Shown here in pieces: positions 1-11,512 of a stretch of DNA of 64,000 nt (its first letter is position 1; every line of letters begins with the position of its first letter). The stretch is from an uncultured Gammaproteobacteria bacterium (GTDB lineage Bacteria > Pseudomonadota > Gammaproteobacteria > Ga0077536). The stretch spans positions 20,303 through 84,302 of the forward strand of contig CALJHG010000026.1 of NCBI GenBank assembly GCA_938075585.1, written 5' to 3'. The notes beneath the pieces are model-generated. The model did not search any database. It saw nothing but the letters and a program-made list of their open reading frames with translations, and was not told the origin of the DNA. Position numbers and translations under genes: made by a program.

Positions 1-197
1 AGACGGCCTATGGTGCGTGTAAATTAGCCAGAAACACGTCAGAAAGCGCAGGGGAGCTTAGGAAAAACGTAACTTCTCCTAATGGAACAACTGAGGCGGC
101 TTTAAAAGTTTTTGCCGCAGCAGACATCGATCGTATCGTTAAATCGGCTGTTACTGCTGCTAGAGATCGATCCATAGAGCTTGCGAAAGGTAACTAA
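1..197 (+). CDS. proC: pyrroline-5-carboxylate reductase, C-terminal fragment (5' end outside window)
   Basis: Frame-3 translation ends ...NVTSPNGTTEAALKVFAAADIDRIVKSAVTAARDRSIELAKGN*. This resembles the conserved ProC C-terminus (SPGGTT motif region). It sits directly upstream of a yggT-like gene, as in yggS-proC-yggT neighbourhoods. Confidence 0.6.
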   Translation, partial: TAYGACKLARNTSESAGELRKNVTSPNGTTEAALKVFAAADIDRIVKSAVTAARDRSIELAKGN

Positions 198-203
198 AAA
201 CTA

Positions 204-779
204 ATGGGAACATACACGTCTAATGCAGGACTTTTTTTAATAAACGTTTTACTTGGCTCAGCCATATTTATCACGCTACTCCGGCTGATTCTGCAACTAA
301 TGGGAGCAGATAGTCGTAATCCGATCAGTCAAAGTATTAAAGCAATTACTGACCCGATACTACAACCAACCAGACGCTACCTACCAAAATTCCGATCATT
401 AGACTCAGCCTCCCTATTAATGCTCGTCGCTATGCAGATGGTGCTCACATGGTTGTCGTTAAGGATGATATCAACACTTGACCCCAACATACTTTCAATT
501 TTCGTGTTTTCGGCAGGAGAAATAATCGGGAAATTTGTCCGAATATTAATTTGGGCGATTATAATAAATGCCCTAATAAGTTGGTTCTCTGCCGCATCTT
601 ATCACCCGATCGTTGACGTGATAAATTCGATAACCAATCCACTTTTAAACCGAGCGCGGAAAGTGCTGCCTATGAGCACAGGGTTAGACTTCTCTCCCTT
701 AATGGTCATTATCGTGCTACAGCTAGTCTTGATCCTAGTCGTTTCTCCTCTTAAAGATATCAGCAATATCCTCTTGTAG
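204..779 (+). CDS. yggT: YggT family inner-membrane protein
   Basis: 191 aa, hydrophobic, with two repeated YGGT-like halves; follows proC with a 6-nt spacer. Confidence 0.7.
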   Translation: MGTYTSNAGLFLINVLLGSAIFITLLRLILQLMGADSRNPISQSIKAITDPILQPTRRYLPKFRSLDSASLLMLVAMQMVLTWLSLRMISTLDPNILSIFVFSAGEIIGKFVRILIWAIIINALISWFSAASYHPIVDVINSITNPLLNRARKVLPMSTGLDFSPLMVIIVLQLVLILVVSPLKDISNILL

Positions 780-789
780 TGATTTACAA

Positions 790-1929
790 ATGAAATACGA
801 TAAAAATAAAGAAAGTATAGGTATCGTTACACCTAAGACTTGCGTCATCCATGAACCCTTATCTCTAGATAGCGGAGAGACCTTAGAAAGTTACCAAATG
901 TGTTACGAAACTTACGGCACCCTGAACTCGGCCCGCACTAATGCAGTTTTAATTTGCCATGCTTTGTCTGGAGATCATCATGCCGCAGGCTACAATCAGA
1001 TTGACGATCGCAAACCAGGTTGGTGGGACAACTGTATCGGGCCAAATAAACCACTCGATACAAATAAATTTTTCGTCGTTTGTCCCAATAATCTTGGTGG
1101 GTGCGGGGGATCTACCGGACCGCTTTCTAAAAACCCATCTAGTGGTAAATGCTACGGACCGGACTTTCCCATTGTCACAGTTCGCGACTGGGTTGAAAGT
1201 CAAGCCAAACTTGCAGATGAGCTACGAATAAAGTCTTGGGCTGCAGTTATGGGTGGTAGTCTCGGTGGTATGCAGGCCATACAGTGGTCCGTGGCCTATC
1301 CAAATCGTGTGCGTAACGCAATCGTAATAGCAGCAGCCTCTAAGCTTTCAACCCAAAATATCGCATTCAACGAAATATCGAGGCAAGCTATTTTGGCAGA
1401 CCCGAATTTCAACAATGGCCACTACAATGAAAAAAATACTGCGCCTACTGACGGGCTTAAATTGGCCCGAATGATAGGTCATATGACCTATTTATCGGAC
1501 GACGGATTGCGCGCCAAGTTTGGGCGGGAACGTACGGATACGAATACAAGTTTCAGTTTTGGCGCTGAGTTTGAGGTTGAGTCCTATTTACAATATCAAG
1601 GAGATGCATTTGTTAATAGATTTGATGCTAATACATATTTATTGATGACTCGTGCGCTAGACTACTTTGATCCAGCACAAAACCACGGCGATGATTTAAG
1701 AAAAACAATGGCTAGCGCGTCTGCTCGGTTTTTAGTCATCTCTTTCTCCAGCGACTGGAGATTTTCTCCCGCACGCTCTAGAGAAATTGTTCGTTCACTT
1801 CTTTACTCAAACAAAGATGTTAGCTATTGCGAGATAGAATCAGAATTTGGACACGACTCCTTCCTTCTGCCAATCCCAGATTATCATCAAATATTAACGA
1901 AGTATTTTCGAGGTATTTGCATATCATGA
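790..1929 (+). CDS. metX: homoserine O-acyltransferase (MetX family)
   Basis: 379 aa alpha/beta hydrolase with the MetX N-terminus and the GGSLGGMQA nucleophile elbow; followed by metW with a 4-nt overlap. Confidence 0.9.
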   Translation: MKYDKNKESIGIVTPKTCVIHEPLSLDSGETLESYQMCYETYGTLNSARTNAVLICHALSGDHHAAGYNQIDDRKPGWWDNCIGPNKPLDTNKFFVVCPNNLGGCGGSTGPLSKNPSSGKCYGPDFPIVTVRDWVESQAKLADELRIKSWAAVMGGSLGGMQAIQWSVAYPNRVRNAIVIAAASKLSTQNIAFNEISRQAILADPNFNNGHYNEKNTAPTDGLKLARMIGHMTYLSDDGLRAKFGRERTDTNTSFSFGAEFEVESYLQYQGDAFVNRFDANTYLLMTRALDYFDPAQNHGDDLRKTMASASARFLVISFSSDWRFSPARSREIVRSLLYSNKDVSYCEIESEFGHDSFLLPIPDYHQILTKYFRGICIS

Positions 1930-2537
1930 AGATCTCAGAGTTGCGACCAGAGCTCACTCTTATAGCCGATTGGATTGAAAATGGCTCTAAAGTACTGGAT
2001 TTAGGTTGTGGTGATGGCGCATTTCTTGCGGCACTTCGAGAAGAAAAACAGGTAATAGGTTATGGGATAGAAATAGATACAGATAATATTAAGGCATGTG
2101 TTGATCATAGTGTGAACGTTATTCAGTCTAACATAGATGATGGACTAAATGACTTTGAAGATGATTCTTTCGACTATGTAATCATGTCGCAGACTATACA
2201 AGCGGTGCACCATCCTCATCAAACTATCGATGATATGCTCCGGGTTGGAGGGCAGGGCATTATCACCTTTCCCAATATGGGAAACTGGAAGTGTAGGTTG
2301 CAATTAGCCCTTGGCAAGATGCCCGTAACAAAACACCTTCCGCACTCATGGTACGACACTCCTAATATTCACATGTGCACTGTGAAAGATTTTGATGAGC
2401 TGTGTAAGACACGCAATATCAGCATATTGGAAAGAGCCACGCTGAATGCTCAACATGAGAAAATAATAGGCATGCCATTATTTCCAAACCTGCGTGCAGA
2501 GATCGCAGTCTATAAAATTAACCAATCACTATCATAA
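1926..2537 (+). CDS. metW: methionine biosynthesis protein MetW
   Basis: [34 protein letters not shown] is the MetW N-terminus. The true start is the internal ATG at 1926 (ATGA overlap with the metX stop), not the longer ORF starting at 1827. Confidence 0.85.
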   Translation: MKISELRPELTLIADWIENGSKVLDLGCGDGAFLAALREEKQVIGYGIEIDTDNIKACVDHSVNVIQSNIDDGLNDFEDDSFDYVIMSQTIQAVHHPHQTIDDMLRVGGQGIITFPNMGNWKCRLQLALGKMPVTKHLPHSWYDTPNIHMCTVKDFDELCKTRNISILERATLNAQHEKIIGMPLFPNLRAEIAVYKINQSLS

Positions 2538-3317
2538 AAAACTTAGCACTTCACAATCATAGTCAACAATCAAAGGAGCATGGTCCGAAAAACGCTTCAT
2601 CTTATAAACCTTCGCTTTGGTAATTTTATCTTCCAACGTCCTACTAACCACCTGATAGTCTATCCGCCACCCAACATTGTTTGCGTAAGCGTTACCCCTA
2701 TTAGACCACCAAGTGTATTGTCCTTCGCGCTTTTCTACTGCTCTAAAAGCATCAATATAATCTAACTTACCAAAGACTCTATCTAACCACGCTCGCTCTT
2801 TAGGTAGAAATCCAGAGTTCTTTTTATTCCCTTTCCAATTTCTCAGATCAATCTCTTTATGGGCAATATTCCAATCGCCACAGAAAATATAATTCCTTCC
2901 CTGCTTATTAGCGTCACGAAGTTTTTGATCAAAAATATCCATAAATCTAAACTTCGTTTCTTGTCTAAGATCACTTGAGGATCCAGACGGAAAATAAACA
3001 GATGCCACAGAAAGATTACCGATATCTATCTGCAAATAACGTCCCTCAAGGTCAAGTTCTCGGTCACCCAAACCTCGTATAACCCTATCCGGCTGAAGCC
3101 TCGAAAACAAAGCGACGCCGCTGTAACCTTTTTTCTCAGCCGACTCAAAATTTGTATACCAATTTTTAGGGTTTAGTATCGCGTTACTTAACTGATCTGG
3201 TTGTGCCTTCGTCTCCTGTAAACAAACGAAGTCGGCCCTCTGCCGCGCTAACCATCGATAGAAACCTTTACCATGAGCCGATCGTATCCCGTTTAAATTA
3301 GCACTGATGACTCGCAT
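2532..3317 (-). CDS. xthA: exodeoxyribonuclease III
   Basis: 261 aa; MRVISANLNGIRSA...FVCLQETKAQ...CGDWNIAH...FSDHAPL are EEP-family Xth motifs. Confidence 0.9.
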   Translation of the reverse strand: MRVISANLNGIRSAHGKGFYRWLARQRADFVCLQETKAQPDQLSNAILNPKNWYTNFESAEKKGYSGVALFSRLQPDRVIRGLGDRELDLEGRYLQIDIGNLSVASVYFPSGSSSDLRQETKFRFMDIFDQKLRDANKQGRNYIFCGDWNIAHKEIDLRNWKGNKKNSGFLPKERAWLDRVFGKLDYIDAFRAVEKREGQYTWWSNRGNAYANNVGWRIDYQVVSRTLEDKITKAKVYKMKRFSDHAPLIVDYDCEVLSFL

Positions 3318-3406
3318 TTTTATATCCGCCCTTATTTTACCTTTACTATTGGAACGTAAGATATATCATTATATCAGTATCATAAATTCATCAATCAACC
3401 ATAGAA

Positions 3407-4048
3407 ATGAAGCAATATAAAAAAGATTTCATCACCGCCGCGTTAGATAGCAGCGTACTCCAATTTGGAGACTTCACGCTAAAATCAGGACGAAAAAGTC
3501 CATATTTCTTTAATACCGGAAATTTCGATACCGGCTCGACCCTAGCACTGCTAGGAAAAGCGTATGCAAGCGCAATAATAGACCATGACCTAGAGTTTGA
3601 AATACTTTTTGGCCCGGCATACAAGGGAATTCCAATAGCCTCAGCCGTTGCTATCGCAATGTTTAATGAATATAACATCGATATTTCCTTCTGCTTTAAT
3701 AGAAAAGAGCCAAAAGATCACGGAGAAGGGGGTATTACTTTTGGTGCGGACCTAGCTGGACAGGCGTTAATTATCGACGATGTGATATCGGCAGGAACTT
3801 CTGTGAGAGAGTCACATCAGCTAATTTCCGAAAGTGGCGCCAAGCTGGCCGGCATCTGTGTCGCATTAGACCGACAAGAGAAAGGAAGTGGCCATTTATC
3901 TGCGATACAAGAGGTGGCTACTCGGTACAATGTACCAGTCATTAGCATAATTTCTTTAGCGGATATTATAGAATTTGTTAGAGATACGAAAGGGTATACT
4001 GAAAATATACAAGCCATCAGACAGTATCAAAAAGATTACGGCATATAA
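3407..4048 (+). CDS. pyrE: orotate phosphoribosyltransferase
   Basis: 213 aa; FGDFTLKSGRKSPYFFN plus the PRPP-binding LIIDDVISAGTS motif. Confidence 0.9.
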   Translation: MKQYKKDFITAALDSSVLQFGDFTLKSGRKSPYFFNTGNFDTGSTLALLGKAYASAIIDHDLEFEILFGPAYKGIPIASAVAIAMFNEYNIDISFCFNRKEPKDHGEGGITFGADLAGQALIIDDVISAGTSVRESHQLISESGAKLAGICVALDRQEKGSGHLSAIQEVATRYNVPVISIISLADIIEFVRDTKGYTENIQAIRQYQKDYGI

Positions 4049-4059
4049 GCTAAATTGAC

Positions 4060-5558
<1,499 letters not shown>

Positions 5559-5587
5559 TTACTCAATGAAACTGTCATTCGCTCTGA

Positions 5588-6790
5588 TCAGGGATTTTTC
5601 TGATAAACTCTTGATATCAAAGTTACTAATTTGCGTGCGAGCTGTTCTTTAGGCTGCTTTTCCAAAACGTATGACTCGTTTTCCCAAAAAACAGTTACTT
5701 CATTATCATCACTATTGAAACCCAAGCCATCTTTATCAACCAGATTTGCCGCGATCATGTCAACGCCTTTCTTAGTCATTTTATCTCTAGCGAATCTTTC
5801 TAGCTCCTCTGTTTCGGCAGCAAATCCGACTGTAAAAGGCGCATTAGTTAATCCGGCAACTCCAGAAAGAATGTCCTTATTAGGTATTAGCTTTAAAGAT
5901 AAAGTGGAGTCACTTTTTTTTATTTTTTGATCACTTACCGCCTCGGGACGATAATCCGAAACCGCAGCGCAGCCAATAAAAATGTCGATCTCCCCAATAC
6001 CCTCACTCACCGAGCTCGCCATCTCCTTGGCAGAGCTAATGTATTCTACACCTACGCCCTGAGGAGGCTCTAAGTTTGTTGGCCCAGATATTAATATCAC
6101 ATTAGCACCGGCCTCACAGGCTGCTCGCGCTAGCGCATAGCCCATTTTTCCGGAGCTTTGATTAGTAAGGTAGCGGACCGGATCTATATACTCTCTGGTG
6201 GGTCCTGCGGTCACCATTACCCTAAGCTTCGCCAACGAACCAGAATTAAACAGACTCGCAATACTTTCAATGAGGATTTCGGCTTCGACTAAACGCCCCA
6301 AACCTACCTCTCCACACGCTTGGCTTCCAGAATCGGGGCCGCAAACACAAAAACCTTTCTCCGAAAGCACATCTAGCGCTTCTTTTGTAAAGCTATTCTC
6401 CCACATCTGCTGATTCATAGCGGGCGCTATCAACATAGGAGCTTCCGATGCTCGGCAAATTGCGGTGCTCAGGTCATCCGCTGAACCTTTACTTAGTTTG
6501 GCTATGTAGTCAGCGCTAGCCGGCGCGATAACAATGGCGTCAGCCCATCTAGCTAGCTCGATGTGACCCATGCCCGCCTCAGCCTGATGGTCAAAAAGAT
6601 CTTGGCGCACTTCATTTCCAGAAACAGCCTGTAGCGCTAATGGTGTAACAAATTCTGTGGCGGCAGATGTTAATACGACGCGTACCTCAGCACCTTGGTC
6701 GCGCATACGCCTGACAATATCGGGGGTTTTATATGCCGCGATACTTCCCGTCACAATCAATAAACACTTTTTGAATGCTAACTTGTTCAC
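5588..6790 (-). CDS. coaBC: bifunctional phosphopantothenoylcysteine decarboxylase / phosphopantothenate-cysteine ligase
   Basis: 400 aa; N-terminal flavoprotein domain (LLIVTGSIAAYK) plus C-terminal CoaB domain. Confidence 0.9.
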   Translation of the reverse strand: MNKLAFKKCLLIVTGSIAAYKTPDIVRRMRDQGAEVRVVLTSAATEFVTPLALQAVSGNEVRQDLFDHQAEAGMGHIELARWADAIVIAPASADYIAKLSKGSADDLSTAICRASEAPMLIAPAMNQQMWENSFTKEALDVLSEKGFCVCGPDSGSQACGEVGLGRLVEAEILIESIASLFNSGSLAKLRVMVTAGPTREYIDPVRYLTNQSSGKMGYALARAACEAGANVILISGPTNLEPPQGVGVEYISSAKEMASSVSEGIGEIDIFIGCAAVSDYRPEAVSDQKIKKSDSTLSLKLIPNKDILSGVAGLTNAPFTVGFAAETEELERFARDKMTKKGVDMIAANLVDKDGLGFNSDDNEVTVFWENESYVLEKQPKEQLARKLVTLISRVYQKNP

Positions 6791-6983
6791 ACAAAGACAC
6801 CATAGCTCGTAGGTTTTAAAAGTTTAGTATAATAAACACTTCGCGGTTAAAGTAGCTAATGGTTGTGTTTTTGTCTATTTTACGCATAGAGACATTCGTG
6901 CAGCATGATAACGCTTGGCGAACGGCAAGAAACGAGCTAGAATTGCCCACCCGTTTTCTTAGAATTAAATAGGAATATATCAG

Positions 6984-7220
6984 ATGGCCCGTGTATGCCA
7001 AGTAACAGGTAAGCGACCCGTAGCAGGAAACAACGTTTCGCATGCAAATAATAAAACGCGTAGAAGATTTTTACCTAACCTTCACTCTCACAAATTTTGG
7101 GTCGAAAGTGAAAATAGATGGGTCAAACTTCGACTTAGTGCGAAAGGTCTTAGGGTAATAGACAAACTCGGAATCGACCAAGTTTTGAAAAATTTACGAT
7201 TCCGCGGCGAAAAAATCTAA
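6984..7220 (+). CDS. rpmB: 50S ribosomal protein L28
   Basis: 78 aa; [33 protein letters not shown] is a canonical L28 sequence. Confidence 0.9.
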   Translation: MARVCQVTGKRPVAGNNVSHANNKTRRRFLPNLHSHKFWVESENRWVKLRLSAKGLRVIDKLGIDQVLKNLRFRGEKI

Positions 7221-7230
7221 GGAACTCACC

Positions 7231-7386
7231 ATGCAAGAAAAAATTAAATTAGTATCTAGTGCTGGAACAGGTCATTACTATACCACCACCAAGAACAAAA
7301 GAACTCATCCGGATAAATTAGAGCGAAAGAAATTTGATCCGGTAGTCCGCAAGCACGTTAATTATAAAGAAGCCAAAATCAAGTAA
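7231..7386 (+). CDS. rpmG: 50S ribosomal protein L33
   Basis: Not in the ORF track (<60 aa). Manual translation from the ATG at 7231 gives [51 protein letters not shown]. It lies immediately downstream of rpmB, the canonical rpmBG operon. Confidence 0.85.
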   Translation: MQEKIKLVSSAGTGHYYTTTKNKRTHPDKLERKKFDPVVRKHVNYKEAKIK

Positions 7387-7403
7387 CTTGACTACAAGAA
7401 CCA

Positions 7404-8585
7404 TTAATTTGGTAGCTCTGTTAGCGTATATCCCCGAACCACCTTCACATACTCCTGCAGCGCAGAAATCCCACTCTGCTCGGCCTCTTCGCACCATTCT
7501 TTTAGTCGCTTAAGCAATACATCAGCATCCGAAGCACGTTGTCTGTATAGATCCTCTAGGGAATTATATGAGTTAAGCACTATATGTAATCTTCTGCTTA
7601 TAAAGTAAACCTCTTTCATTTCATGGTTATCTATAGAACTCAGAAACCTGTAAGGAGCCTTATATACCCTGTGCAATTTCTTTAGCTGAAATCGCTTCTC
7701 GCCAGAGGAATTAGTAATTTCTTCCCGATAGACTCGGTGCATGACCATCTTTTTAAAATCTGACATGACATGTAAACGGTTGGCAACTACCGCTTTCAAT
7801 GTTTCAAGATCTGGCGAGAGTTTATCTAAATCAATGTATGGGCGCGCTGGCGCGATACTTTTAACTGTTGCCAACTTTAAAGCAGAAAGTACTCGGATAT
7901 AGCACCACGCTATATCAAACTCCCATGGTCTCATCGAGAACTTAGCAGAAGCGGCAAAAGCATGATGGTTATTATGAAGCTCTTCGCCACCGATAATAAT
8001 TCCCCAGGGGAATATATTGGTCGACGCGTCCTTAGTATCAAAATTCCTATAGCCTCCCCAGTGACCTAAGCCGTTAATCACGCCTGCCGCAAATAATGGA
8101 ATCCAAAGCATTTGTATCGCGGTAATCGTGACACCAGGCAAGCCAAACAACAATATATTAGTTAAAAACATCATTAAAATACCCGCCATAGGGTAGGCCG
8201 AATACAACTTATTCTCGATCAAATCATCTGGTGTTCCAAATCCAAATTGTTTAACTACCTCTGCATCGTGGGCACTTAAACGATAAAGCTCTGTCCCCCT
8301 AAGTAGTACGTTTTTCACACCAAGAACAACGGGACTGTGTGGGTCATCGTCCGTTTCCACACTGACATGATGCTTCCTATGCACAGCGGTCCATTCTTTG
8401 GTATTCATGCCAGTGGTTAACCACAACCAAAAGCGAAAAAAATGCGATATAACTGGATGTAAATCGATAGCGTGATGAGCCTGATTTCGATGCAAATAAA
8501 TCGTGACAGCAATAATGGTCACATGTGTATAACCCAAGGTGATAAACACAAAGTCCCAAAAAGAAAGGGTAAAAAAACCGTACAA
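7404..8585 (-). CDS. desA: membrane fatty-acid (acyl-lipid/acyl-CoA) delta-9 desaturase, DesA-like
   Basis: 393 aa; N-terminal TM region with three His boxes (HRNQAHH, HRKHH, HNNHH) plus a roughly 150-aa C-terminal extension, a size like Pseudomonas DesA. Confidence 0.75.
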   Translation of the reverse strand: MYGFFTLSFWDFVFITLGYTHVTIIAVTIYLHRNQAHHAIDLHPVISHFFRFWLWLTTGMNTKEWTAVHRKHHVSVETDDDPHSPVVLGVKNVLLRGTELYRLSAHDAEVVKQFGFGTPDDLIENKLYSAYPMAGILMMFLTNILLFGLPGVTITAIQMLWIPLFAAGVINGLGHWGGYRNFDTKDASTNIFPWGIIIGGEELHNNHHAFAASAKFSMRPWEFDIAWCYIRVLSALKLATVKSIAPARPYIDLDKLSPDLETLKAVVANRLHVMSDFKKMVMHRVYREEITNSSGEKRFQLKKLHRVYKAPYRFLSSIDNHEMKEVYFISRRLHIVLNSYNSLEDLYRQRASDADVLLKRLKEWCEEAEQSGISALQEYVKVVRGYTLTELPN

Positions 8586-8649
8586 AACGAACCTCCAAAA
8601 TCATTAAATACCCTCTGAAAAAAGTTAAACAGAAGGAAGTGGCATTTGT

Positions 8650-10581
8650 TTAATCATATTCTAAGATTAAATTTTTCGCGACGTCTAATCTACCCGTCCA
8701 ACCAATGTCTATAAAGATAGTGGCAGTGCTGTCAAGTACGATAGTCGGCCCTCGGACTATACCGCTGATGCTTTGCCTGTCGATTACAGGATATCTCGAG
8801 GCTGAAGCTTTATTTATATTCTCGAGAAAAGGAGTAATCGTCGAATTTGACCAGGCTTGCTCCACAGTAACAATTGCTCTGAGACTTACTATCTCTATAG
8901 GCTTATCGAGAATATGACCATATCGGCGCTCGTGCGCCCTTGGAAATAGACGACACAAATCACCCAGACAATCAAAAGGCAACGTCAGGAACGTTGATTG
9001 TCCAAAATAACATACGTCTACTAATAACTCTTCATTGAAGTCACTATCGCTATGCCCCTCTCGCGAAAGCTCAGCGCTTGCCATGGCGACCATATCCTCG
9101 AAAATACCTCTTAGTATTTCGTCACTGCAATCTTCAGATTTTTTTCGCACTGAACGTGAAAGTTTGCGACCAGGCTTTGAAACCGTCATACCTAGCGCTG
9201 ATAAGACACCCGCACTTGCAGGAATTAAAATCACTCTCAGAGATAAAGCCTCAGCCAGAGAACAACAATGCAACCCACCAGATCCACCAAAAGGCACTAA
9301 AGTAAAGTCTGCGGGGTCGATGCCTCGCGCTATCGATATCTCTTTGAGAGCTTGACCCATCAGGTTATTGACGATCTCCAATACTCCTAGTGCGGCTTCG
9401 CTCAAACTCAACCCTAATGCTTCAGCTAACTCCTCTACAGCTTCGACCGCCTTCTCAAAATTAAGCTTCATACCTCCGGGAAATCGTGTTTCTAGAGGGA
9501 GTCTACCCATGACTAGATTTGCATCGGTCACGGTAACACTTTTACCACCTTGACCATAACAGGCTGGCCCGGGGACCGCACCCGCAGAGCTGGGACCCAC
9601 CTGCAACAAACCCCCAAGGTCAACGCGTGCGATTGATCCTCCGCCAGCTCCAATCGTGTGCATTTCAACCATTGGTATTGCGACCGGGTACCCTCCAATC
9701 TGACCTTCGGTTGTCAGAGAAATTCGCCCATCAATTAAGGCAACATCCGTTGAGGTGCCCCCCATATCAAAAGTCATAATCTTCTCAAATCCGGCTGCTT
9801 TAGCTATATGAGACGCACCGATTAATCCTCCAGCCGGCCCTGAAAGTAGCAAATTTACTGGGTGATTACTGGCGTACTCCGGAGAACATGTCATACCGTT
9901 GCTCTGCATCACAGCCAAAGATGAATAGTTTAAAGCACGAGCTAAGCTTTCCATATAGTTCCTGACTTTAGGTCCAAGCGCTGCGTTTAGCCATGTTGCA
10001 ATACCTCTTTCGTATTCGCGGTAATCGGGTAATACGTCACTAGAACAAGCAACAAAGCAGTACTTTCCCAGTCTTACTGCTAGTGCATGCTCTATCTCAG
10101 GCCTTAAAAAAGAAAATAGCAGGTTAACCGCTATAGCCTCAGGGTTTAACTTTTCAACCTGTTCCTCAAGATAAGTCATGTCCTGCTCGGAAACATCTTC
10201 AACTAGCAGCCCAGAACTATTTATTCTCCCCCCTATCTCAACGCAATGCGACTTGGGCACTGGGGGAGATTTAGTAGGCGGAGTCAAATTATATAACTCT
10301 GCTCTAGCCTGCCTACCAATAGTTAATAAATCACTGAAGCCACGGTTAGTGACGTACACCGTTTTAGATAGTTTTTTTTCAAGCACAGCATTTGTGGCTA
10401 CCGTTGTCCCATGAACGATAAAAATTTCTTCGAGGGGCACTCCAAGAGCCGAAAGGCCCTTCATAATAGCTATATTCGGGTTGTTGGGTGTCGATAATTC
10501 CTTGTGAACTCTAATCCCGGCTTCATCGCGCACAACAAAATCGGTAAACGTCCCTCCGGTGTCAACTCCGACTAGCAGCAT
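8650..10581 (-). CDS. hydantoinase/oxoprolinase A-family protein (HyuA-like), no B-subunit partner nearby
   Basis: 643 aa; MLLVGVDTGGTFTDFVV N-terminus and ASKHA-fold glycine-rich segments typical of hydantoinase A / 5-oxoprolinase A. No HyuB-like ORF is adjacent. Confidence 0.7.
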   Translation of the reverse strand: MLLVGVDTGGTFTDFVVRDEAGIRVHKELSTPNNPNIAIMKGLSALGVPLEEIFIVHGTTVATNAVLEKKLSKTVYVTNRGFSDLLTIGRQARAELYNLTPPTKSPPVPKSHCVEIGGRINSSGLLVEDVSEQDMTYLEEQVEKLNPEAIAVNLLFSFLRPEIEHALAVRLGKYCFVACSSDVLPDYREYERGIATWLNAALGPKVRNYMESLARALNYSSLAVMQSNGMTCSPEYASNHPVNLLLSGPAGGLIGASHIAKAAGFEKIMTFDMGGTSTDVALIDGRISLTTEGQIGGYPVAIPMVEMHTIGAGGGSIARVDLGGLLQVGPSSAGAVPGPACYGQGGKSVTVTDANLVMGRLPLETRFPGGMKLNFEKAVEAVEELAEALGLSLSEAALGVLEIVNNLMGQALKEISIARGIDPADFTLVPFGGSGGLHCCSLAEALSLRVILIPASAGVLSALGMTVSKPGRKLSRSVRKKSEDCSDEILRGIFEDMVAMASAELSREGHSDSDFNEELLVDVCYFGQSTFLTLPFDCLGDLCRLFPRAHERRYGHILDKPIEIVSLRAIVTVEQAWSNSTITPFLENINKASASRYPVIDRQSISGIVRGPTIVLDSTATIFIDIGWTGRLDVAKNLILEYD

Positions 10582-10693
10582 AATATTTTCTCATTTTACA
10601 CGCTTTATAAAAATCGCCCTTATAATACAGCACAAAGGTATACTTATTGTTGTAATATCAGTTCAAATAAATAAAACTTTTCTTTAATCAACT

Positions 10694-11509
10694 ATGCCCG
10701 AGCTACCTGAAGTCGAAACAACGAAACGCGGAATAGAAAGACTACTAAAAAATAAAACAGTTGAAAGTACAATCGTTCACCAATATAAATTTCGTCAGCC
10801 AATTGCGCGAAATATTGGAAATATTTTAAAAAACCAAACTCTGAGAACGGTTTCGAGGCGCGCTAAGTATCTTTTGTTTAATTTCTCTGAGGGCACGCTG
10901 ATGATACATCTAGGTATGTCGGGCAGCCTAAGAGTAGTCAGTCCAAACACCCCAAAAGCAAAGCACGATCACGTGGAAATTTCGTTTAACGACAACCTTT
11001 GCCTTAGATTCAGAGATCCGCGCAGATTTGGTCTAGTTATTTGGACAAAACAAGATCCACTTAAACACAAATTATTAAAAAACTGTGGGCCAGAGCCACT
11101 CACCCAGCAATTTTCTGCAATATACCTAAAGCGTGTCGCGGCGAATAGAACTTGCGCTATCAAGCAATTTATCATGCTAAATAACGTAGTTGTAGGGGTC
11201 GGAAATATTTACGCCAGCGAGGCACTATTTTCAGCCGGCATAAATCCAAATCGCCCTGCTAATAGTATAGATTTAGACGAATTTGGTCGGTTGAGTAAAA
11301 GTATTAAAACGGTACTACGAAGAGCTATTAGGGCCGGAGGTACAACGCTGCAAGACTTTAAAAACGAACGAGGTGACGCAGGTTACTTTAAACAAAAACT
11401 GGCCGTGTATGGTCGTGCAAGTCTACCATGTTACAACTGTCAACAAGCTATAGCACAACAACGGATAGGACAAAGATCAAGCTTCTATTGTCAAAATTGC
11501 CAAAAATAA
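10694..11509 (+). CDS. mutM: formamidopyrimidine-DNA glycosylase
   Basis: 271 aa; MPELPEVETTKRG N-terminus and a C-terminal zinc finger (CYNCQ...CQNCQ). Confidence 0.9.
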   Translation: MPELPEVETTKRGIERLLKNKTVESTIVHQYKFRQPIARNIGNILKNQTLRTVSRRAKYLLFNFSEGTLMIHLGMSGSLRVVSPNTPKAKHDHVEISFNDNLCLRFRDPRRFGLVIWTKQDPLKHKLLKNCGPEPLTQQFSAIYLKRVAANRTCAIKQFIMLNNVVVGVGNIYASEALFSAGINPNRPANSIDLDEFGRLSKSIKTVLRRAIRAGGTTLQDFKNERGDAGYFKQKLAVYGRASLPCYNCQQAIAQQRIGQRSSFYCQNCQK

Positions 11510-11512
11510 AAA

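Noticed and set aside
949-1231. Small ORFs of 84 and 90 aa inside metX on both strands
   Set aside because: They are embedded in a well-supported MetX coding frame and are typical shadow ORFs.
1827-1925. N-terminal extension of the metW ORF (starting at 1827 and overlapping metX by about 100 nt)
   Set aside because: The MetW family N-terminus begins at the internal Met (MKISELRP...). The ATGA overlap with the metX stop at 1926 is the conventional coupling, so the extension is probably not translated.
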